A stretch of DNA of 63,660 nucleotides, counting the filler, from Octopus bimaculoides (lineage: Eukaryota): the NCBI RefSeq assembly GCF_001194135.2. It is 7 parts of 6 records of this genome, joined end to end, with 100 filler letters (N's around TTAATTAATTAA, not from the genome) between each part and the next. Parts side by side here need not be neighbours in the genome. Positions count along the whole stretch, not along the records: positions 36,111 to 58,531 come from NC_068981.1; positions 58,632 to 61,517 come from NC_068991.1; positions 61,618 to 63,660 come from NC_068986.1; 4 more parts are not named here. One strand, written 5' to 3'. Position numbers and translations under genes: made by a program. Numbering within the stretch: position 1 is the first letter of the stretch; every line of letters starts with the position of its first letter. The notes beneath the pieces are model-generated. The model was not told the origin of the DNA. It did no database searches and saw only the letters and a list, made by a program, of their open reading frames with translations. This document shows, piece by piece, positions 51,348 through 63,004 of this stretch.

Positions 51348-51711
51348 GATATTTTCTGAAATCTGTCGGTGGCCTGCCATGAGACTCGAACTGACATCCC
51401 TGTGATTACGCATCAAGTGTTTTAACATTAAGCTAAACTGTCCCAACGACAAATTCTTCCGAAAATTTAGAATATATAAATCTAGCTTTATAAGACGCTA
51501 TCGTACATTAATATTAGCTTACATTGAAAGTCAACAAACAAAATTTAACGTACGATAGCGTCTTATAAAGTTAGATTTATATATCCTAAATTTGCGGAAG
51601 AATTTGTCGTTGGAGCAGTTTGGCTTAATGGTAAAGCACTTGACGCGTAATCACAGGGATGTCAGTTCAAGTCTCGTGGTTGGTCACCGACGGATTTTTC
51701 TGCAAAATATC
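51348..51711. repeat. Fold-back element: about 165-bp inverted arms, each with a tRNA-like sequence
   Basis: Arms 51348-51511 and 51545-51711, 33-bp spacer. The right arm at 51612-51687 shows an A box TGGCTTAATGG, an anticodon arm CTTGA-CGCGTAA-TCA(C)AG and a T loop GTTCAAGTC. Confidence 0.85.
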
Positions 51712-52710
51712 GATATAGTTTATACTGTTCATGCTATATTAGCATTATCCTGCATTTGAGAATATTTCTGTGTGTGTGTGTGTGTGTGTGTGTCCCTCAC
51801 CAACATACACACACGATGGATGGATGAATAGATGGTTGTATGTATTCACATCATTTCAAGATACATCTCACAGATGCTCTGGGATGTATAGTTTAGTGAT
51901 GTTTCTCGGCTCCGAGAGGGTTTTGTGCCTTTTAGACATCAAGCGCCTCTCGTCCAGTTTACCCAGCCAGGGTTGGTCAAATGCCGGCTTCCATCTCAGT
52001 AGCAGTAAACTAACCACCTGTCCTCTTTAATCAAATCTACTAATTGTCCTACTCAGCTACATCACAAACAATTGGTTTTAAGTCTTTCAAATTTCCAATA
52101 TCACCAAATACAAATATATTATGTTATATTATATTACGTTATGTTATATCTTATTATATCATACTATGTTCTCAGTTCAGGCGCCTCTAATATCGAATTT
52201 GGATCTGATAGTTTAATGATTGATAAATTACATAACAATCAACTAACGGGAACTTTACCTTTCACGTATCTTTGTTGCATACTGTCATAATTTGTTATCA
52301 ATAGCTACTACTACTACTACTACTAATACTATTGTGGTTGCTGCTGTTACTACCGCTAATAATACAGCTGTCTTGGGATTTCTAACTTCCTGCCTTTGTT
52401 CTGTACACAATTTCCGATTAGTTGAACCTTAAATTGTATGTTTTCGGGAAACAATTCCAGAAACAAAGAAAACTTCAACTTCAATAAATGAAAATAGACA
52501 TCAGTGGCTGTGGACGAAAATCGCTCAGAAATGCAGTACTGTTGAGACATCATTTAGGATTCATTTCGAAAAACGATGCTAATTTCAATAAGCCACTATT
52601 TATATCTGTATGTACAGCATGTACGTGTGAATGGTGTGTGTCTGTGTGTATGTAAGTATGTATGTATGTATGTATGCATGCATGTATGTATGTATGTATG
52701 TGTGGGTGTG

Positions 52711-52741
<31 letters not shown>

Positions 52742-52887
52742 GTCAAAAGGCGGAGGAGCTCATGGGCAGTCAACGGCTTTGGTCGGCCCGAGGCTATAGT
52801 AGTACAAGACACTTGCCCAAGGTGCCACGCAGTGGGACTGAACCCGGAACCATGTGGCTGGTAAGCAAGCGACTTACGACGCAGTCA

Positions 52888-52949
<62 letters not shown>

Positions 52950-53502
52950 GGTATATGTGTATGCAATGCATGCATTTATGCTTTTGTACTGATATGTATA
53001 TATGTATGTATGTTTGCATTCGTGTATGTCCGTATATATTTATGTATGCATGTATACCTGCCTTCATGTAGGTAGGTAGGTAGGTAGGTAGGTCTTAACA
53101 CTGGAGCTCTGGACACAATAGAGTTTGTCATTTGTCTTCATACAATCATAGGAAAATGCATTTGTCTGATATGGGCTGAGCTGCGGCGCTAAAGTATACA
53201 CAACTTAAAACGTAACTTTTACAAAGCAGTACACACACACACGCACATACGTGCACTTTATAAACACTGGCATACACACATATACGCACGCATATTTACA
53301 TCTAAACATATACACAAAGATGCACGTACATATACTCATGCATACATCATCTTTCAAAGAATGTATTCTCTTATATAATCAATAACGTTCATCGCTACAA
53401 CACCAGTGAACAGTAACGATAATTTACTATCCAAGGGAGACAAGTTCATACAGACTTATTTCCCCTGCTTCCATTAAATTTACAATCTCGTATTAGATTC
53501 AA

Positions 53503-53714
53503 GGCGGCGAGCTGGCAGAAACGTTAGCAAGCCGGGCGAAATGCTTAGCGGTATTTCGTCTGCCGCTACGTTCTGAGTTCATATTCCACCGAGGTCGAAT
53601 TTGCCTTTCATCCTTTCGGAGTCGATAAATTAAGTACCATTGCGTAGTGGTGTCGATCAGATCGACTGGCCCCTCCTCCAAATTTCTGACCTTGTGCCTA
53701 GAGTAGAAAATAAT
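53503..53714 (+). mobile_element. SINE family A, full length, tail 2
   Basis: GGCGGCGAGCTGGCAGAAACGTTAGCA...CCTTTCATCCTTTCGG...CCTTGTGCCTAGAGTAGAAAA. Confidence 0.92.
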
Positions 53715-54029
53715 CTTGTATAAGTTTCATGATTAAATTTGTTTAACCTTGATTTCTATTTTATACTGAGACGAACTGTAAATAGATGTTCATATATGTT
53801 TTATTAAAATACAAAAATTAATGTAAAAATTTGATTTTTTATTCTGAAATCTAAATAAACTACTTTAAATATAACAATATGGAATGTATTCTCTACACAA
53901 TATGAAAATCAACTTATAAGATATTCATAGCAGCTCAAAAGATGAATTACTTCGCTTGAATTCGAAATCAGAAACTTCAAGGGTCATAAATATGTACCTC
54001 ATATTATTTTCCCTGACGATATAAAGGCA

Positions 54030-54576
54030 TCCAAAGTGGCATCCAAAGTGACAGTAGGGTACAATTATACGAAGCCCAGTATACCCATCATTACTACCCG
54101 TCTGATAAAGGTACACCAGGCACATGCATTCCAACCACATGTGCGCAACATGGTGATCTTATATCAAGATAAATAGCGCACGACCTTGCAGGTGGGGTCC
54201 AGTTAGAATTTTTTCAGTTTGAATAGCCCATCCTGCTCAAAAGTTCCTTGAATAATGTTTGTTTAAGAATGATGAACAAAACACCCATGTTTCCAGAGGA
54301 GAATTATTCAAACCCCAAAGAATTCCTCTCAGCACATGGCTATGATGCTCTCCCACTACTTCTGCTCGTGATCAGAGTTGCACATATCGTCAGCCACCAA
54401 GGGACATGCTCAACTGGTTAAAGTCAAACAACTGACAAGCAAATCTGTGGTATTAAGCAGAATATTTGCACTAGCCCATCTTGTATACCAAGACAAAACA
54501 ATGTACATGATAACACTTCCAATCAATTAAGATCAGAAGCCATGAGAGCCACTGCCTGGTATTGCATCCGGGCATA
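54030..54576. repeat. Probable interspersed repeat, class unknown
   Basis: A higher-GC block with no ORF, ending at an (ATT)n tract; it resembles an octopus high-copy repeat I recall, but there is no second copy in the window. Confidence 0.3.
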
Positions 54577-54590
54577 TATTATTATTATTA

Positions 54591-54658
<68 letters not shown>

Positions 54659-54660
54659 TA

Positions 54661-54747
54661 GGTCACTGCCCCGGGCATATGGCATTGGGGTTAAGGGCGC
54701 GGGCTACTAACACCAAGATTCCGAGTTCCATTTCATGCAGTGACCCG

Positions 54748-54779
<32 letters not shown>

Positions 54780-54938
54780 TAACAACAACATCGGGAATAT
54801 ACCTTAGGAATGAGAACCTAGGTTTGAAATTACCCCAGGAAACTTGATGAAGGCTGGAGAGTACATCAGCCGAAACGTTGTGTTAACAACAAACAAGATG
54901 AGGACAAATATCCGTCAAATGTAAATAATGTAAATAAT
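54661..54938 (+). mobile_element. tRNA-headed short element with an (AAT)n linker, a hammerhead-motif tail and ATGTAAATA terminal repeats
   Basis: Head with A-box-like TGGCATTGGGG, anticodon-like GGG-CTACTAA and B-box-like GAGTTCCATT; (AAT)n at 54748-54780; ribozyme motif at 54839-54884; tail AATGTAAATAATGTAAATAATG. Confidence 0.7.
54839..54884 (+). ncRNA. Minimal type I hammerhead ribozyme motif (degenerate copy)
   Basis: GAAAC-TTGATGA-A-GGCTGG(AGAGTACA)TCAGCC-GAAA-CGTT-GTGTT. Helix II has 6 bp, helix III is the palindromic ACGT, and the predicted cut is GUU at 54879. Helix I has one mismatch and C3 is U. Confidence 0.65.
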
Positions 54939-55680
54939 GAAGATGTGTCAGCGACTGAAATTCATCGCAGGCTTTCAGTACAATAATGGGACAGCGCTTT
55001 GCCTCGTATATGTGTATATTAGTGGATTGAGAATTTCTAAAATGGTCAGACAAGCATAAAGCGTGAAGAGGGTACAGGACGCCCATCAGTCTACACCATT
55101 GACATGAAAGTAATTTCTCTGCAAATCAGTTTTGCTATCCGTTTCTGGGACGCGAAAGAGTCTATACTAGGACATTACTTGGAAAAAAGGCTCTACATTC
55201 ACCAGTGTCGGCTCTTGTGAAATGCTGGCCAACAAACTGAAGCCGGCATTTCGCACCAGATGTCGAGGGTTTCTTGCCAAATCAATTTCTATTGTTGCAC
55301 GACAAAGCACAACCACATACAGCAGCCTACACCATTGAAACCGTTGAAAAATTGGGTTTCGAATTGCCGAAGCACCCTCCATAGAGTCCATGTCTATCTT
55401 CCTCCGTCCTTCATCTCCTAGGACCGCTAAAACATTCTTTACAAGGTCGTTGACTTGCTACGCCTAAAGAAACACAGGAAGCGGTGCGTAAATGGTTCTG
55501 TGAGCAGCCGTAAACCTTCTTCTTCGATGGAACAAGCAAAGCATGAGGACCACTGACAGGGGTGCATTGAAACGCAAGGGGACTATGTCGAAAAATCATC
55601 TGTGCTTAACCCCTGCTTTTGTGTTTTTAACTGAATACAGTTTCAAGAGTGCATATAACTTCGTCTTGTCTTCCTACCCT
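54939..55680 (+). mobile_element. Internally deleted mariner transposase remnant
   Basis: EDVSATEIHRRL...GQTSIKREEGTGRPS; FWDAK...EMLANKLKPAFRT; LLLHDKAQPHTA...KHPP*SP...HLLGPLKHSLQGR...EAVRKWF...CIETQGDYVEK. Confidence 0.88.
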
Positions 55681-55683
55681 ACA

Positions 55684-55719
<36 letters not shown>

Positions 55720-55729
55720 NNNNNNNNNN

Positions 55730-56078
55730 AAATTCCGCCGAGGTCGACTTTGCCTTTCATCCTTTCGGGGTCGGTAGATTAAGTACAAGTTACGCACTGG
55801 GCTCGATATAATCGACTTAATCCCTTTGTCTGTCCATGTTTGTCCCCTCTGTGTGTAGCCCTTTGTGGGTAGTAAAGAAATAAAAACGTTAGCACGCTAG
55901 GCGAAACGCTTAGCGATATTTCGTCTGTCTTTACGTTCTGAGTTTAAATTCCACCGAGGTCTACTTTGCCATTCATCCTTTCGGCGTCGATAAATTAAGT
56001 ACCAGTTACGCACGGATGTCGATCTTATTGACTGGCCCCCTTCCCCAAAATTTCGGGCTCTGTGCCTAGAGTAGAATA
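55730..56078 (+). mobile_element. SINE family A dimer (tail 1 copy, then tail 2 copy starting at 55884)
   Basis: Junction GTAAAGAAATA|AAAACGTTAGCACG, same as in the 21975 cluster. Confidence 0.9.
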
Positions 56079-56955
56079 TGAACACCACTTTATTTGATAT
56101 GATAGAAAACGCTTGGGCTAATTTAACGCATCTTAGTTTCAGCACTGCATATTCAGTGAGCGTCAAAGATAAAATTAGCTTAAGTTGAAGGAATCTTTTT
56201 TTAAAGTCATATTGCATGTTTACCTCGTTTGGAAGTTATGTGTCATAAACTATCAAATACGGTTCATGTATTCATACGCGTTCTGACTTTTAGAGAGAAA
56301 AAAAAAATGTTTAGATGCATGGGAGATAACTCATGATAGCATCAAATCTACAATTTTCCCTTTTACGTTAGTGTAATGTAGTCGATGGTCTCATATAATG
56401 TAGACGACAGAGAGAATTCAATCAACAAAATTATCTTTCTTACAGATAAATTGTCTCTGCATCCCAGATAACTTAATAAATTATTTAAATATTTATTCAT
56501 ACGACACGCAGGTGTGAGATATCAAATGATACGAAATGACGATAGTTTCCTCTTTGATAATAGATAATCAGAATGACAGAATCTATTAACGATTATTCTT
56601 TTGACTTGCTATTCTCATTCGAGGGCTTTCTGTAATTACAGCAATATAAATTATAGAGAATCGTATTTTTATTATACGTTGCAAGCCCGGAAGAACTACG
56701 GTAATCAACATTGTGACTGAATGAAATCCTGTTTTATTCAATAGTGTTGAAGGTGGTGGAGGTAGAAGCTGTTCATTTAACATTACGGTGATCTGCCAAC
56801 GTCCTGCTAGGTCTTCTATCTCAATTGAAATTGTTTCTCAAACGTATACAGGCTTGCAGGGAAGACAGTGGGTGAAACTCTTATCAATCTCATATCACCT
56901 ATATTATAATTAATTCCTTTCGTTTCTCAAGTATGTAGAGAGGAAGAATTTACGT

Positions 56956-57100
56956 CAGTTGTGGGCCAACTGCGGCCCGCGGGACTTTCTGAATGGCACG
57001 CAGTACGATAAATTACCTTTAATATTTTAATAGTGTAGCCCGCCTAATGAAGTGTCATGTCTCATGCGGCCCGCTTCTCGTAAAAGGTCGTCTATACCTA
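56956..57100 (+). mobile_element. hAT (Charlie-like) MITE
   Basis: CAGTTGTGGGCCAAC-TGCGGCCCGC ... TGCGGCCCGC...AAAAGGT layout typical of Charlie/MER-type ends; TIRs degenerate, no target duplication seen; homologous to 2641-2720. Confidence 0.5.
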
Positions 57101-57177
57101 TGTGGTTGCGCATTTTGCAACAAGTAACAAACTAATTGCTTAAAATATCAGTGCTATTTTTCTTCTTTCTTATATGT

Positions 57178-57568
57178 GGCTGTGTGGTAAGAAGCTCGCT
57201 TCCCAACCACGTGGTTCCGGGTTCAGTCCCACCTGGGCAAGTGCCTTTTACTATAGCTTCGGGCTGAACAAAACCTTATGAGTAGATTTTATCGACGGAA
57301 ACTGAAAGAAGCTCGTCGTATATATGTATATATATATATGTACGTGTGTGTGTATGTTTGTATGTGTGTGTTTGTCCGCCCAACATCGCTTGACAACCGA
57401 TGCTGGTGTGTTTATGTCCCCGTAACCTAGCGGTTCGGCAAAAGAGATCGATAGAATAAGTACTAGGCTTCTAAAGAATAAGTCCTGGGGTCGATTTGCT
57501 CGACTAAAAGGCGGTGCTCCAGCATGGCCACAGTCAAAAGACTGAAACAAGTAAAAGAGTAAAAGAGT
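57178..57568 (+). mobile_element. SINE family B, full length
   Basis: tRNA-like head (GGTTCAGTCCC), CORE-like CTGGGCAAGTG, internal (TA)/(TG) tract, 3' half, and GTAAAAGA tail repeats. Confidence 0.92.
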
Positions 57569-58631
57569 ATATACAAAATTAAGGGGAATGACCACCAAAA
57601 GTGGATTCCTATACGCTAGAAATAGATGCCAAATCACCTAACCACAAAGAGTATGTTCTCAAGAAAAAAAATTCAGTAAGACGCCAGACTGTAAAAATGA
57701 GCAAGACAAATGAAAATATACGAAATAAAAAAAAACATTACCTACGTACCAATAGTTTCACCTGTTAATATTTACACAAGTAAATATTTTTTAGAATTAC
57801 GTTGTGGGTAGGTGTGAGAGGCAGGATCTTGCTGGTTTGAACAAAAACTCGGTAGAAGATTTGGGCCAGGTGTAGCCTGTTTTTAATGTTAAAGTGTTAA
57901 CAAACGAAAAACACCACTGGGATGGTCATGACTAGATTGTTATAACATAAGCTAATGGTTCCGAATCGTTCAGTGTATAAACATCAACGTCTTAAACTTA
58001 CGTTGGTCTAATTGAGAATTGTTAAATTCAAAAGTTGTGAGACGCACGCGTTTCCTAAGGTTATTTAGCGAAATTAATTACATAATTTCAAAATATATTT
58101 TACTATGAATCATTGAACAGAAGATTATTTTGGTAGGGCTCTGATTTGTAAAGCCAAAGTCTGAAAGGCATAAAATAAAATGGAAAATGGTTTATTAACA
58201 AGCAATGTTAATTCTCTAAATGAAGTATTAACAGTAACTGCACGATAAAGTGTAGTATATTGCCACTTAAGTGTGGCTGACCCCTAGGGGTGGATGTTAC
58301 TGTTGCTTTTAGCCCCAGGAGGACATCTCCTCCAGCTGGCTTATCGACACACGACTGTGTCCTGTTTGCCAAGGGTAGTTATCCCTCTCACCAACATCTG
58401 CAGCACGAACGGATCCGGATTTCAAGGTTATTTCCCTTCGTCGGCGTCCGATAGCCGCTGACCTTGGTGAGAGAGACAAAAACCTGGCAATCTTATATCT
58501 TCTTTTCAAGTGAAATTCTTCACTGTCTACTNNNNNNNNNNNNNNNNNNNNNNNNNNNNNNNNNNNNNNNNNNNNTTAATTAATTAANNNNNNNNNNNNN
58601 NNNNNNNNNNNNNNNNNNNNNNNNNNNNNNN

Positions 58632-58798
58632 TTGGCACAGATTAACTTGAAATCTGTTGCGCTTGCACACTAAGTTATAACGTTCTGTCTTACGTCCGTT
58701 GAGTAAAGCTCCGTTTTGGAAGTAAAGTGTGTAGAGTGTGGTCGTTTCACCCCCACAAGAGAGGTCCCATCAGTGACCATGGCAGAAAAAATGTGTGT

Positions 58799-58829
<31 letters not shown>

Positions 58830-59110
58830 CGTGAGGTCGTTCGTGGAAAGTGGCACGACTTGAAGTTTATTACGACCAAGAATCTTTCCAAAATTCAAAT
58901 CTCACTTGAAAGGAACAAGATTCCAAGGAAATCCAAGTGAATGAGACGAGGCAGCTGTTGGCTATCCTCACCACCAAAAGAAAACCAAGTTCCAGAAATG
59001 CTTCCATCAATGGAAACGATGCTGGGTAAAGCGGGTGGCTTCAAAGAGGAGATTTCTTCGAAGGAGATTAAATGATCGAATTGTTATGTTGTAATTTTCT
59101 TTTTATTGTT
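58632..59110 (+). mobile_element. Internally deleted mariner (same 5' subterminal sequence as 45967)
   Basis: TTGGCACAGATTAACTTGAA...CACTAAGTTATAACGTTCT 5' region; after a (TG)n it reads IFPKFKSHLKGTRFQ / EIQVNETRQLLAI / KFQKCFHQWKRCW...FFEGD*. Confidence 0.82.
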
Positions 59111-59475
59111 TTTATAGTTTTCTTTGATCAGACTTCGTAAGTGATTGTGTATGTAAGTTTACCCAGAAACCTCAAATGGAGAATCTCTGAAATGTCTGAC
59201 AAATTTTCCCTGTATTTAAACGATTGTATCAGGAGAATACGAGTCAGTCAACTCTCTCACTTCTTGTGAGTGCCCAAACGTTTCTAAGCTTTTAAAAGAG
59301 TGAGTATTTTCTCATCCTGTTACGCATTTGGTCTGCCCACCAGAACAATCCTTCTTGTGTATAGCATTGTTGACTGTTTTAGCGACAATATCATATCTCA
59401 TTGGAATGTTATATCTCATTGATATCGCACAATTGACACATTCTATCACAACGTAGTGGTCTAAAGGCATCATTA

Positions 59476-59502
59476 CGAAGGGGTGCTGAAAAGTTTCTGG
59501 CT
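59476..59502 (+). mobile_element. Solo mariner-type TIR
   Basis: TA|CGAAGGGGTGCTGAAAAGTTTCTGGC; no partner found. Confidence 0.45.
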
Positions 59503-60509
59503 TTTATATTCGCCGCTCAGATTCATACACTTATTGACTACTCAATAAAGGCGCAAAAACGCTTAAGGAAGTTTCTCTTCTCTCAAAAACTGACACAAAA
59601 CGAGTTGAAACTCGGGGGTGAAATAAAACAATGTGCAATAAAATAACATAAGGCATGTTTTTTGCAAATCAATTGTATCTCACAAATTGAACAATGCCAC
59701 TTATTTTTTAAAAAATTGGATGAGAAACGTTAGGCAAGATTTTAGATGTAACCCCGCAAATTTTTCACGTTTTATAAGCAATCAGTTAGTCTTTTCTACT
59801 TTCAATTGAATTTTGTTGAGAATATCTTCAAAAAATTGAGTAATCACTAGTTATTTATTTGCTTTATTTTCACTTTATTTTGTTCACTTAAAGTAACTGC
59901 CTTTCCCCAGTAGTTTTTCGTGTCAGCTGGCTTATTGCACGAAAAACAGCTGTAAGAACACATTTGACCGCGAATGCACATGGTTGATTACAGTTAATTA
60001 AAGTTAGAGTGATATCGATTTTTTTTAGCCGCTTACAAACATGTGAAAACGCAGAAATAAATACAGTTGTTCGTGGTCTAATATTTAAATCAAAATGAGA
60101 CTGTATTTACAAATAGCAAGCTTTATTTACATATATCTGTCATTTAAATGTGAAAACGTAGAAATGAATTGTTCAGAACGTTGGTTAATGAACAGGATGG
60201 CGCAAGAAACAGGACAAAAAGCTATGTAAACAGTTCGGTTGGCAGGAAGGCAGTAAATATGAACATACGTGTTAAATTGGTGTGAATTAGGATAAGCACA
60301 ATGCACTCTCCCATAGAACATACTTCATGTTGACAACTATACGCCAGACTGAACGCTGTTTTATCTCCAAAGTGAATATTGCAAGTGATATTTAAACAAT
60401 TAACAGTTCTTTGGTTTTTTGCATTTGACGACTGTTGCTTCAAGTATTTCATTTCGATTTTCACTGGCGTAGTGGTAAGAAATACGGGATAAGTAACATT
60501 AGTTTCGGA

Positions 60510-60728
60510 TAAAAATAAAAATGGAAGTTTTAATCATCCGATGGACAGGTCATAAGGATTACAAAAATAGCGATTCTCACTTTGAAACTGACAATTTTGA
60601 AAATGTATACATGTATACATGTATACATGTATACATGTTTAAAATTTCAGCGCAATCGGATGAACAATACTCGAGTTATAAGCGCACAAAAAGAAACAGA
60701 CAGACAGAACGGGATTTATATATTAGAT
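60510..60728 (+). mobile_element. Possible non-autonomous Helitron/Helentron (HINE/Lep1-like) 3' end
   Basis: AAATTTCAGCGCAATCGGATGAACAA..CTCGAGTTATAAG...ACAGACAGACAGA...TTTATATATTAGAT resembles such termini (recognition only). Confidence 0.4.
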
Positions 60729-60830
60729 AAAAAATAACACATACATAAATAAATACATACATATATACATACATACACATACACACACACATATTATTTT
60801 ACATGTTTCATTCATANNNNNNNNNNTATA

Positions 60831-60948
60831 TATAGGTAGAGGACGTCACCAACTGTGCAAACATGAAATACGTAAAAACAGGACAAGTAAACACAGAGAA
60901 AGGACCCTTCATCAGTTGTCGGCTGTCTATCTACTCCTCATTTCGAGA
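60831..60948 (-). repeat. Family E fragment
   Basis: Reverse complement GTCTCGAAATGAGGAGTAGATAGACAGCCGACAACTGATGAAGGGTCC...GGTGACGTCCTCTACC. Confidence 0.7.
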
Positions 60949-61024
60949 CATATTTTTATTTATTTACATATACATACATATATACATACATACACATACA
61001 CACACACATATTATTTTACATGTT

Positions 61025-61266
61025 TCATTCATATGACTGAGACCATGCTGGAGTACTGCCCTAAAGGGTTTTAGTCGAAGAAATCAACCTCAGCACTTAT
61101 TCTTTGTAAGCCTCATACTTATTCTATCGGAATCTTTCGCCGAACCGCTAAGTTGCGGGGACGTAAACACACCAACATCGGCTGTCAAGCGATAGTGAGT
61201 GAGGTGCAAACACAGGCACAGAGACACACATAAATATACACATACACACACTCACACAGACACACG

Positions 61267-61314
<48 letters not shown>

Positions 61315-61473
61315 TATATACAACAGGCTTCTTTCAGTTTCCGTCTACCAAATCCACTTACAAAAATTTGGTCGGCCCGAGGGCATAGTAGAAGACATTT
61401 GCCCAAGATGCCACGTAGTGGGAGTGAACCCGGAACCATGTGGTTGGGAAGTAAGCTTCTTACCGCATAGTCA
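61025..61473 (-). mobile_element. SINE family B, full length, expanded internal (CA)n
   Basis: Reverse complement of 57178-57568 with a longer internal microsatellite (about 61205-61320). Confidence 0.9.
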
Positions 61474-61617
61474 TGTCTGTGCCTATATACATACATACAT
61501 ACATACATACATACATANNNNNNNNNNNNNNNNNNNNNNNNNNNNNNNNNNNNNNNNNNNNTTAATTAATTAANNNNNNNNNNNNNNNNNNNNNNNNNNN
61601 NNNNNNNNNNNNNNNNN

Positions 61618-61659
<42 letters not shown>

Positions 61660-61766
61660 CATTATTATTATTATTATTATTATTATCAGCATCATTAATA
61701 ATAATAATAATAATAATGTTTGAAAGTATGTACCATTGTATTAATGTGCGCATGTTTATATGCATA

Positions 61767-62240
<474 letters not shown>

Positions 62241-62330
62241 CTAGTAAAGAAATTGAACGCTGATACTTCACTCTTGACGGTAGATTGCAACATAATATGC
62301 GTGTGTGCCTCTCTGTGTTTGCATGAACCT

Positions 62331-62373
<43 letters not shown>

Positions 62374-62384
62374 TGTCTGTCTGT

Positions 62385-62419
<35 letters not shown>

Positions 62420-62966
62420 TCTATCTGTGCGTGCGCACCTATGCATTTATATGTCTTTATGCATCTCTGAATGTGTGGGTNNNNNNNNNNNNNNNNNNNN
62501 NNNNNNNNNNNNNNNNNNNNNNNNNNNNNNNNNNNNNNNNNNNNNNNNNNNNNNNNNNNNNNNNNNNNNNNNNNNNNNNNNNNNNNNNNNNNNNNNNNNN
62601 NNNNNNNNNNNNNNNNNNNNNNNNNNNNNNNNNNNNNNNNNNNNNNNNNNNNNNNNNNNNNNNNNNNNNNNNNNNNNNNNNNNNNNNNNNNNNNNNNNNN
62701 NNNNNNNNNNNNNNNNNNNNNNNNNNNNNNNNNNNNNNNNNNNNNNNNNNNNNNNNNNNNNNNNNNNNNNNNNNNNNNNNNNNNNNNNNNNNNNNNNNNN
62801 NNNNNNNNNNNNNNNNNNNNNNNNNTATATATATATATATATATACATACACACACGCACACATGTGTGTGTGTGTGTGTGTGAATGTGTATGCGTGCGT
62901 GTGTATGTGCACGCGTGCGTGTGTATGTGCACGCGTGCGTGTGTATGTGCACGCGTGCGTGCGCGC

Positions 62967-63004
<38 letters not shown>

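Noticed and set aside
51612-51687. Functional tRNA-Thr(CGT) gene
   Set aside because: The acceptor and T stems are disrupted, U33 is replaced by G, and there is an extra base in the anticodon stem; treated as tRNA-derived.
58290-58360. HDV-like ribozyme
   Set aside because: A P1-like helix (GGATGTT/GACATCT) exists, but the required P1.1 GG and L3 pattern are missing on both strands.
60290-60350. Helitron helicase SHGQLYVA motif
   Set aside because: Only partial nucleotide resemblance, with a stop and a deletion; no flanking helicase motifs.
62901-62960. Three perfect 20-bp tandem units (GTGTATGTGCACGCGTGCGT)
   Set aside because: An ordinary slippage product inside a TG/CG microsatellite; similar short duplications at about 4896-4941 and 5500-5546.
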